Below are positions 45,474 through 57,300 of a DNA stretch of 64,000 bases, piece after piece. The notes beneath the pieces were generated by a model. That model saw only the letters and a program-made list of their open reading frames with translations, was not told the origin of the DNA and ran no database searches. This stretch comes from Setoptus koraiensis (lineage: Eukaryota > Animalia > Arthropoda), in assembly GCA_048013815.1 (NCBI GenBank), contig CM106585.1, positions 3,534,001 through 3,598,000 of the forward strand. The letters run 5' to 3'. The translations under genes were made by a program, and so were the position numbers. Numbering within the stretch: the first letter of the stretch is position 1; each line of letters opens with the position of its first letter.

Positions 45474-48400
45474 CAGCAGCAGCAGTTATTTGGCTGATTG
45501 CGCAAGCTGACCCAGTGACTCACGCCAACTTACGGTGTTACGTAACTCAATTGGCAACACTTTTGGTGCCGCAGTCACATTGAGTTGCAACTGCAGTTAA
45601 CTGTTATATATGCATGCATGCGAGCGAGAGCCAGAAATCGCCGTGATTAGTGACAAATAACAATATCAACACTGCGATTGTTTGTTTGCCTCCGCCGGCG
45701 AGACGAGTCAAACAGCAACACTTACTCATTCCATTTGCTCCGTCATTCTCATTCCTCTATCGCTCTCTATCACTCTCTATTGCCCTCTATCGCCCTCTAT
45801 TGCTCTATCACCCTCCATCACCCTCTATTACTCGCTATTACTATTGTCACCTCGGCGCCTAGCTCGCCAAGCTCTGAGCACCTCTATCTGGCACTCTAAT
45901 ATATAACAAACTGCAGAGACAAAGACTATTACGTAATACGATATTCTCTTTCTATCGGGCTCAGTTTGTTTAATCTGTGCCAATTGGTTAGCTATTGGCT
46001 AACTCCAACTGTTGGCGCGTCAGTCTCTGTTTGCGCTCTATCTGACGCTATCATTTCTGCAATATAAGCCTACAAGAGCGAGCAATCAATCGGTCCATTG
46101 GATACCCATCTGTCCGTCGTAAATAATAAATAAATAATCATCATCATTTAACTTCTCATATGGACCGACAGGTGAATGGGGGCCAGTCTAGGCCAGATAA
46201 TTTCTCCACTTTATCATCGCAATTCGTTCTGTGTTGTGTGTCTCTTTTGTTGGCCTATACTCTATGATTCTGATACATTCGAGCGACATTGCTGAGCGCT
46301 CAATGTCGCTCGATATTCCAGTCATGCGAGCATACTCCCCACATCCATCTCAAGTTACATCGACAATTTTCTGACAGTTTGGGTCTGGGCCCAACTGGGC
46401 CCCATTTCGCCCACACTCACACTCTCGGAAACTCCGAGAAACCCCGAGAAACTCCGAGAAAATTTTAATTAAGATACAACCGAATCGATTTGCAGGAATC
46501 ATTGAGCCGAAAGGTTTCAATGGGCCAAGCAAAGTCATTGAAAAGAGTGTATTTATTCGACCTGGCTACAGTATATCACCCATCAGCAAGCCCGATGAAG
46601 ATCTCACGACATGTTTATTTATTCATCCGCTCAATATCCGGAATGCGGATATTGAGCGGGAAACGAGTGCCATATTGTGTGCTATTGCAGCAATAAAAAC
46701 ACCTATTGCTGGCAGCAAGAGGCGCTTTTTCAGCGACTTGCAGTATCAATTGGTCGCTCGAAGTGGCAGTCAAACGCCAGACTAGACTGACAATCTCGAC
46801 AATGTTGACAACTCGACAATGTTGACAATCTTGTGCGCATGTAAAGCGAGCAAGTGTTCAATTTAGCGTCCAATACGCTGGCTAAAAGGCACAAATTTTC
46901 AAAATTCTCAGAATTTTCCTATCATCGATCGCTCTTTTCACCAAAAGAAAAAATCGCTTTCTAGAGGCCGATCAATTACAATTGTGCGTGCGATTGGCGC
47001 CTGTTCCCATAGAAATTAATGGCTCACATTGAATGGCGATTGGGGCCCGCGAAAACATACAACTGACTAGCACTTGGCCAATGCAAACATGACAGCTAAC
47101 AAGTACCTTCATTAACGGCTCATAATAGTTGGCTTTTTTGGGTTTCATCGGCCAATATGTGACCATACTGCGCGCATATGAACTGCACACAAATGGACTA
47201 TAAACACAATAATGCACTTTGCTCGCTTTACTTGGGCGCCCACATCCTGATTTGTTTGTTGTTTGTCGTTGTTGTTGGCGTTGTTGTCGTTGTTGTTGGC
47301 GTTGTTGTCGTTGTTGTTGTCGTTGTTGTCGTTGTTGTCGTTGTTGCTGTTGGCTAATGTGCGCGCATGCAACATCATTATCGGTTTGAATAACACGACA
47401 CTTATATCACATACAGATTTGTACGCGATATAAATGTGCATGCAAACAGACATATTGTTGTGTCTAGATCACGGTCACGCCGGCAAGGTAATGATTATCC
47501 GCTAGTGTCTGTCACGCAGCATACAACAAATACGCGCCAGTGATAATCATTACTCAAATTAGCTTGCCATATTCGAATTTCGAATCAATCACAACCACTG
47601 ACATGACAAATTCGTCTGACTTGCAAAAGTGCCCATTAGTGGCTCCATTTTGTGAATTTTGCTCAAGCACGTGTGAATACCGGTGCACTGTTCACTGGCT
47701 GCTGTCCATTGGGTGCAGTCCATTCGCAACGAGCTGTCGTTGTTTTTCGTGACTCGTCTCATTTTCGACAGCGCACACACTCACCTGTGCCCAATGTCAT
47801 GTTTAATGACGTGTCATACTGTTTGTCATGATGACACTGGCATGATTACAATCGGTTCATTTGTTCAGCAACAGATAGTTGTGATTGATGTCATAATCAC
47901 ATTATGTCATGATCACATACTGTCATAATCACATGATGTCACAATGTGCTCGCATAAACAGGTACCATTGATATGGGCACACGAGAGAGTAGCAAACTTC
48001 AGAGTTCAAATTTGTTACTGGCGTAACCTTGTCGATGGGCCCAACGATTGTCTGACAAAATGACAATCCGACAAACGACAACAATGCGACAAATGACAAT
48101 CTGACAAATGACAATCGGACAAACTGACAAAATGCTGAGGTGCGTTACGTCAGAAATGCGTTCGATCAGATGCCAAAGGAAGAGAATATTGCCAAGAAAA
48201 GTGCATTTTGCTGCCAGTTTTACCCAAAGGGACTCAAGGCAACGTTAGCCGGCCTAACGTTGCCAATATCTCAACTTGAACTCTGTGACGCAACTGTGCG
48301 AGTGATTCATGATTTGCATACAAACGAAATTGCCCGTTCTGTCTATGTCTCTCTATACATATATGTATTATATGTGCATCTCAACCATATACGTCTCAAC

Positions 48401-51400
48401 TGTATATATCTCAGCTGTATATAACTGTATCTAAAATACATATATCTCAAATATATCTCAAATATATATATTGTACACATGTGCGCACGAAAGCAGAGTG
48501 ACGGAAAGAATGAAAGCAATAGCAATTCAATAGAGTGGATTGAAATGTTTCTGCCAACAGCACAATCAATGATTTAATGATTGCGAGCGGCCCGCGCACA
48601 ATTGCAAGCTGCCTGGGGGCGGCCACTGAACTCGCTCTACTTTTTATCTTCGCGCTCGGAATCTCAGCGACAGCCACAGCAGCAACAACATCTCTGCCAA
48701 GACAGCATTAGCAGCCAAAAAGAGCCAGACAGAGAGCCAGAGAGGAGCCCAAGCAACTCGCTAGTCCGACGGACTGCTGGCAAGGTGGCTTAGGTGAGAA
48801 TGGCGAGAGAATGCAAGGGGAATAGAATACACGAGTTAGGCAGAAATAAGAAGGGGCCCGTTTGCAGTTTCTGGCCAGCGAGTGGCAGCGCAAACAATAA
48901 TAATATACTGCTATTACGCAACAACAACCGATAGAAAGTATTCTAATGTTCTCAATCATGTGGCTGGCTCCCTCACGAGAAACTAGCATGATTTATTCGC
49001 ACTTCCATAAGCCCATCAAACGTTTGCTCTCGCTTGCGATGCCTAGCTCTGGCTCGCCAAACCGGCTTGCCATTGGACTTGTGCTGGCCAGGCACACTCA
49101 CATAAGCTATCCTATAAGTCGCTATGTGCCGCTGTGCATCGCTATGCGTCGCTATGCGCCGCTATGCGCCGCTATGTGCCGCTATGTGTGCCACTGTGGC
49201 CGGCTGAGTGGCCATAAGTCGCCACTGGGCGTCACGAGTTGCCGCTGTGAACCGCTACGAGTCGCTAGGTGAGCGTGTGTGTGTGTGTGTGTGTGTGTGT
49301 AATAACTGTAAATGCACGTTGTCTGGCGCGCGCACGTTATTGGGTAACAGCATTTCAACATAACAAAACGCTCAATATTGCGCAATATTACAATTGCATA
49401 ATATTACCATGTAAGAAGTGCATTAGTACAGGTGTCTTAGTACAGGTGTCTTGGTACAGGTGTCGTGGTGCGTGCGGTGAAAGATGGACAGAGAGAGAGC
49501 GAAACCAGGTGAGTCAACTTGCCAGCCAAGTGTGGGTGTCATATTTAAGATGCCCAGTTAAGTTTGATGGATGTAGATGGACGCTGGTGCGGTGTGGCCA
49601 GTGGCTGCGGTCTCGTGACGCAACACGCACAACTGGCAGTATGTCGACAAAGTTGCCTAACCAAAAGTTTATCCGTGTAGGTGTAGGTGGCCGACGCGCG
49701 CTTGTTGTGGCGAAGTTTTTTTGATGGCTCGCTAACACGAATTTGCAACGCGTTTACACACGCGCGCTGTGGGTCTTAACAGCGCACACTGTGACAAATC
49801 ACAGTATATGAATCGCTTGCCATAAGCTGCCACAAACTGATCGGTCAGTTTATTTACCGTTTCTATTTGACGCGTGCAGTGTGCCGTTCACATGGCGCGT
49901 TGCCGGACACTGCAACGGGCCGCTGGCGAGTTGTGTTGTTTGATTTGTGAGTTGTTGCGTTGAATTGGCATTTGAGTTGTTGCTGTTGCGCAAAGTCGCA
50001 GCGGCAGCAACTCAAACGACATCAACGACAACACCGACAGCAACAACGACAACATCGACAACATCGACAACAACGACAACAACATCGACAAGCGCTGCCG
50101 AACAGCGAGCGCGGTATAACAAGTGACACAGTTGTTATTATTTTGTTGTGCCCTCGTTGTGTATTTTTGTTGACCAATCATTGTTTGTTGGCTTGTCATG
50201 TTGCTTGCGTTTTGTTTTGTTTTGTTTGCTTGCGTTTTGTTGACGTGTTCACGCAAACACACACACACACACACACACAAAATAAATATTTTTTTGCGCT
50301 AATAATTGAAATGGGGCCCGCCACGGGCCCAACAAGCGCCAACAAGCGCCAACAAGCGCCAACAAAAGCCCGCGCTTGTGGGGCCCACTTTGGATGTTTT
50401 TGACTTTTTGTTTAATCGGCACACTGGCGGACGTCTCAATCTGGCCGCACTGTTCTCGTGTACGGACGAGCGCGTCACTTCACCTGTTCTCCATTGGTGT
50501 ATGAAGAGGCGCCCAATTTGGCATTTCGTTTCGTTTCGTCTCGCTCGCTCGCTCATTCAGTTGGTCGCGCTCGCTCACTGCAATACGCTGACTGTGATTC
50601 AGTGACTGTGATTCGGTGACTGGGGTTCACTGACTGTGTCCGCATTGTGATGGCCGCGGCAACCAGAGTGAAAATTGTTGGCTTGAATGAGCCAATTTGA
50701 GCGGAAGACTCGGCCTGGCCGGCAGTTCCACTTAAGCGCGTTTCGTTTCATTACATTTCATCGGTCGGACGCCGGCTCGCCGACTCGCCAGCTCGCTCGT
50801 CATTTATCTAGCGCGCCAGAACGAAAATTAATTTTCTTGTGCCGACACACGCGCTTAGGCATGCAGCGCCCGCCCCCGCCTCAAAGTCACATCCACGCGA
50901 TGACTAACGGTTGCGTAACTGAGTAACCCCAACTGGCCCATTTGCCGCCAAATATCCCTCGCTACACACACACACGCACACACACACGCACACACACACG
51001 CACACACACTCGCACTCGCACACACACACACACGCACGCATGCCGAGTCGCACTGGCGGTGCAGTCGTAATGAGATTTCATCATTTCACAAACTTGATGG
51101 CCGGCGCGCTGCTTGTTGGCTGCGGCCAGCGACCGGGCCCCTAGGCCGATTTTGTGTCGCAGTCGGCGAGCCACTGCTCGGCACAAAATCGGCCAAAATC
51201 AGGGACAGGCGGCGCGCGAAACAGCGCGAGGTTAAGATCGAGATTTAGATTGATTGAGAGGCCGCTCCAAATGATAGCCGGCCACCATCGAGTGAATTGG
51301 GTCATCTAGTCGCGTCGCGTCCCATCGCGTGTATATTTGCTTCATTACACCCACGCACACGCACACCATTTGGCGCTGCTTGATGCGATGTCGCGCCATT

Positions 51401-52951
51401 GTGACATGTTGGCCCCTCTCGGTTGCAGTCTCTCCTTGGTGGCGAGTTGCGAGTTTCTAGTTGCGAGTTTCTAGTTGCGAGTTGCGACTCGCGACTTGCG
51501 AATCGTCGCGAATCGCGACTTTTAGCGATCGGCCATTGGCCATTCTTTCTGGGCACACTTTATACTGCACACAGTACATGAGAGCTCGTGTTTGTTGCAA
51601 CTTGCGGCGCAAAGTTGCCCCGGCTAAAGTTTCTCTGGCGAGACCGTCAGAGAAACTTTAGGGCTGAGCGCCACGGTCTCGTCAAAGGATTCCAACCAAC
51701 GGCAAAACAATGCCGTTGAGCCGCTGTTGGCGAGTGTCACCCAACAGCGACCGTTACCGTATCCAATCTCTCGCACAGCAACTGTCAACACCGTCACGCC
51801 AACCGACCGCTACCTGTCCACCGCCTGCAGCAGTCTTATCACGGCTACACTGGCTGTGACAATTCGCACAGGTGAGCACACCAACGACAGTTATTAAAAT
51901 ATCAAGCGCCTTTGTTGCGCTTCCTCTCTGCTCGCTCTTGTCGCTTCAGTCGACACTGAACAGCCAAACAAAGTTGCATAACAGTGCACATATTACACAC
52001 CTTTCACAGCAAACCGGAACTGCGCCCTGACAATCATCGCTCACACAGTCAATATCGGGCATGTTGAAGCACTGGCCCACTCGCGCTGGCAGCCATTCTA
52101 TTATTATCATTATTATTATTATTATAGCATCATATTATTACATTGCGTCATACATAGACAAATAATTATAACTTTACTTTATTATTATTACTATTACTAT
52201 TACTATTATATATTCGCTATATTATATATACGCTAGCGTCTCGAGTGCTGCTGTCGTTATGTAAGTTCGCCAACCACGACCACAGTTATAATTATATGCA
52301 CACTGCCGAGATTTGCGCCCTCGGCCGCGCTCGCAATACGCAACTTGCGTGCCCGCATTGTGCCGCCGGCCCGTATCCAGCGTCATATGTCACAGGGGCC
52401 TCGCAACGACAAGCCAACAACCACACACAATCTCACATTTGCCTTGCCAACATTGTCAGATCGTGCACAGCTTGCGAACGTAGATCTTTATTTCAGATTT
52501 GCTCTTTCAATTAATGACACAACTAGTTGCTGTTACTCACCACTAGGGCTAACTACAAATATCGTTTCACTGTAACAATAACTGTCGTTGTGTGCATATT
52601 TTTACAATGTAACAACAATTATATGCATATTATCATCATTAAGTCATGCAGCTTAATTGTTGTTGGTGGTGTGGTTGCAGCAGTGTGACTGATACTCTAT
52701 TGATACTCACCTTTTGGCTTGCTGCCGGCGCCTCTCACTCGTGCAACAACACGCCTGACACGCGTTGTGAGCGAGCTCAATTATTTGCGTGTTTAAACAA
52801 ATAAACACACTCACACACAATAGATGTAATAGATAAGTTGCGCAACATTATATTAATTATTAATTAATGATCAGCATCATTTTGCTCTTCATCATTGTTG
52901 GCGCTGCAATCGACGACAGATGGCGCTGCTCATCAACGTGATATCATCATC

Positions 52952-52983
<32 letters not shown>

Positions 52984-53062
52984 GCTGTTGTTGCTGTTGT
53001 TGCTGTTGTTGCTGTTGTTGCTGTTGTTGCTGTTGTTGCTGTTGTTGCTGTTGTTGCTGTTG
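52952..53062. repeat. Compound (TTG)n then (CTGTTGTTG)n tract
   Basis: Read directly; source of the poly-L ORF. Confidence 0.92.
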
Positions 53063-55037
53063 ATGGATGAATTCATAAATTATAATACACTGTGTACTAT
53101 GTATTATAATTATGCGATAAATTTATGCACACAATCTCTGACCTCTTGATCATGTGATATCCAATCCAATCTATAATTGGGGCAAGATTAAATTAGTGAG
53201 ACACAGACAGAGCGAAATGGAGATTTAATTAGATGTATGCGGCAAAGGGGCTGGGGTGGGGGTGACAGTCGATAGAGGGCAGAGTTGTCTACGTTATCGT
53301 ATTAGTGATTTGGGCGAATCTATCCGGTTATCCGGTTGTTAGCTGGCCGATTGGCGCTCGCTACCAAATTGGTTGGCAGCATTGGTTTATTTTGTGAGGC
53401 TCGGGTCAACGTGGCCGAAATATCCAATGATGATGGCGACAGTGAGCAGTTTGTTTCTTGTTTTTTTCTCAAATATTCAGTGCACACACTCAGTGCGTTT
53501 GGGGCCCCACTGACCGGGGCACACAAATAAGGATTCGCGAGCCCATGCCAAACATACACAATGTTGGTGTGTACACTAAATAATGGACGGTTGGCCAGTA
53601 GTTAGCATGGGCTTGAGTTTGCGCTCTGGCGGGGGCATAGGGTTACGGTTTTGGGGCCACGAGTTGGGTGCACGAAGCGCGCAAAGTTGTTATTCAAATT
53701 AGTTTTAGCGGAGAATTGGGCACGCAAAATTTTTTTCAAATATTTATTCATTGTGCGACAGCGACAACAACGAGCGACAAATTGTTGTGATCGCAAAACA
53801 ACTTGACGACGTCATAATAATGATTTGCCAGCATGCGATCCAATGAGCCAGCCAAAGAGCGCCACTATGCGGCCCTCTAATGTCACACAATATGCGCAGT
53901 ATCACGCAGTGCGTGCTCTTTTAGGGGCCCCTTTGGGGGCCTGCCAAAAGCTGGCTGTGGTGTGACTCTCAAACAAAGGCGGTGCGTGTGTGCTGTTGTT
54001 GTTGCTGCTGTTGCTGCTGTTGTTGTTGTTGTTGTTGTTGTTGTTGGCCAGTAATCAATCATGACCTTACCAGCAACTATTTGTTGGTTGTCGATCGCTC
54101 AATCTCAGCCTCTGGCGTCGCCACAAAGCCAATTTTGCCAAGAGCCCCGGCCCCTTCTTTGGCTCTCAGCTCGTTGCTCAGCGGCTAACTGTTGTGGGGC
54201 GCCGCGCAACACTGTCGCGTGCAACATTATCTGTGACAAAAATGGCTTCCACCGGAACTGGTGCGGCCGTGTCTGTTGTCACGAGTTGTGCCACGAGTCG
54301 ATGGGTCGCCGATGCGGGCTTGCCGATGCCGGCTTGGCAACGCCGACCGCCCAGCCACCACTGACACGCCGATCAAGCCGACGCTCGAAATGACTGACTA
54401 GATGAGGCCCGCCGCTCACACATAGCTGAGACAAGATGCTGACAGGGCGCCCATTTCGACGAAACGAGGCGCCGTCGTCATGTTTACGTTTGCTCAGCCA
54501 GGCGAACTCAGCGGCCGGCCGGGCCGGGCCGAGCCAGCTCAGTATAGGAACTTATAAGCATAAGTGTTGTTGTATATAGCCAGCCGCTTAATTTGCATAT
54601 GGTCGGCCAACTGATAAACTCAAGCGGTTGCTGCCTCTTCCTCTGTGGCCCCAACAAGAGCCACCGAGCAACCCGTACGCGCCAGCCAACTTATCCCATC
54701 TTATATCGCCTGTGGGCTTGCTTGCCGCTTGTGTCCCCAAATTGGGGTGCGGTGATGGGGGGGGGGCAGCAGCAGCCACCACTAGAGTGGCATTAATTCA
54801 GTCTATAGCCAGCGAGCAATAGTAATTCTGTAATTCAGTAATTCAGTAATTCGGTAATTTGGTGATTCCTCCTCGACTGCATCTCTGGCTGGCGATGAGC
54901 GCAAAGAGCGAACACCAATCAACAACGGCTTGACGACTTGAAGAGACGCGAGTTTATTTAAATGCCCCCTTCGTGCGTTTGTGCTGTCAACGGGCCAAAT
55001 GTGGCCACACGCGCCACCATCGACAGCCCCAATCGGC

Positions 55038-55289
55038 GAGAACTGAGAACTGAGAACTGAGAACTGAGAACTGAGAACTGAGAACTGAGAACTGAGAACT
55101 GAGAACTGAGAACTGAGAACTGAGAACTGAGAACTGAGAACTGAGAACTGAGAACTGAGAACTGAGAACTGAGAACTGAGAACTGAGAACTGAGAACTGA
55201 GAACTGAGAACTGAGAACTGAGAACTGAGAACTGAGAACTGAGAACTGAGAACTGAGAACTGAGAACTGAGAACTGAGAACTGAGAACT
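55038..55289. repeat. Perfect heptamer array (GAGAACT)36
   Basis: 252 nt = 36 x 7, no variant unit seen. Confidence 0.95.
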
Positions 55290-56049
55290 GCGAATATCTC
55301 CGTGACTAAACTGGCCCCATTTATCTCCGGCTGCGCGTTTCGGTGTCGCCCCTCGCCGCTTATGATACTCGAGAGACCGGGGTCCACTCTTACCTAGTAG
55401 CTCTCAGCGTTGCGCCCAGCCGGCCAAGGGTGAGCCTGCCGGCGAGCTAGCCGGCTGATGAATTAGGCTCGCATCTCATCATTTGTATTCATGGGACGTG
55501 TTGCCCGGGCCAACAATGGGGCCCACGTAGTATCGTCGTTGCGCAATCATAATTGGCCCACCCATTACACCAGCCAGTGCGCGCGCAATGGGTGAATATC
55601 CGCGCAACAGCAACGACAGCAACAACAGCGACGGATGTTGCCTTGATTGATTGCTCAACTTTGTTTGATTTTGAGATTTTACAGCGTCGATTTGCATGAC
55701 CGTTGCGCGCCGCGCCGGCCCCCGTCCCACTGTCTGACTGTCTGGCTGTCTCACTGTCTGAGTGTCGCCCCATCTAGCCGATTCGCGGCAAACGTCGAGC
55801 CGATTCGCGCCAACGTCGAGCCGATTCGCGCCAACGTCGAGCCGAGGGCCCTATATTGCCCATGTACTGGCCATACACTCACAGACGTACCCAGAGATGT
55901 GCCCAGAGACGCGCCCAGAGACGCGCCCAGAGACGCAGTCAGAGATACAGCCAGAGATATACTGTCGGCGTACGGGTGTCGCTGCGACATCAGATACGAG
56001 AGAGGCCCGGTTATTCGGAGCGTGGCCCTGGTAACTCAATTGATGGCTC

Positions 56050-57300
56050 GAGTGGACGCGTCGTCCCGAAATGAGATGATGTGAGGCACAAAAATAATGT
56101 GAATAGTGTGAATTACACCAGTTTATATACGCGCTAATAGGCTTGTGATGGATATATTCTCAGAGGGTATATTCGCAGACATAATAAAAATTTTAAATTT
56201 GCCGGAATGGCGCAGAGTGCGCCGCGATGTGAGAACATGCAAAATAGACACAAGAGACACGACACCTAGACGACACAACTGACAGCGAGAGAATATCTGA
56301 CAGAGTGACGAATCTTTGACATAGATCTCTGGGCCGCCAACTGAGAGCCGACGGCACAGCCGACAACAGCGCCCACGAGAGGGCCAACAATTGAGAAGTG
56401 AGAACTGGCAAAAGAAGGCGCGCGAAGGAGAGAAAAATGCAAATTGAATTGACACACCGGGCCTGGCAACGAGCCGGAAAAAGAAATGACGCTGACGCTC
56501 GCCAGAGACGCAGCGCCAAACAAACAAACGGGGCCCGTCCCGCTGTCTAGACTGGCTGCGCTGGTGTGTTTTTTGTCTGTCGAGCGGCGCCATTGCGCCA
56601 GAAAGGCGCTACAAATTGGCGCCCGGCTCGCCCAATTGCGGCTCGCCGATTGGGCGCAGCCCGAAGAATGTGTCGCCCCTTTGAAAAAAGTCTTTTGGCC
56701 AATGGCTGGCTCGCGCCTCGCACCCTTTTGGCCGTGTGTCGCGGCTTGCGTTGCCTTGATCGCACGCCAGCCGAGCAAGGAATTGGCTCGAAGCCATGCC
56801 GCCACCCGGATAAAACTGTGCGAGCGGCCTTGGCACGCACAGCCCCGAGCGAAATGACTCGTGTTGAGCCGGCCTCGCAACTGCGGCCCGAACTGCCGCC
56901 CGAGAGCCAGCCCGAACCGCGGCCGAGAGCCAGCCCGAACTGCGGCCCGAAAGCGGCCGGCAACTCGAAACGAAACGATCAAATATCCTGTCTCGGTTGG
57001 TCGGCCCGACCGACGGGCCGCACAGCCGTCAGGCACGCACTTTCCTGTTGGTGATCGAATATAAATATAATATAATAATCAAGACAGCGCCATGACCACC
57101 GCAACGACAGCGCCACCCGCGACCGCGCCAACGTCGACAGCGCCCGCAACAGCAACCGCTAAAACAAAGAAGGCAACGGAGCAATTATTTATGCAACCAA
57201 ATTTTTCAGCTAGCTACCAATTGCCGTTTCGAACGAATCGCGCTGCAAAAAGCGTCTCATTTGGGGTGCCGACTTGTCCGGTTGCGTTGTCTCGCTCGAC
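56050..57300. promoter_or_regulatory. GC/CpG-rich island, possible distal promoter or enhancer
   Basis: Visibly GC-rich against the AT-rich background; overlapping low-complexity ORFs on both strands; minus-strand TATATAAA at about 56122-56129. Confidence 0.3.

Noticed and set aside
54803-55387. 194-aa ORF with VLSSQFS repeats
   Set aside because: Translation of the (GAGAACT)36 array, which lacks stops on that strand.
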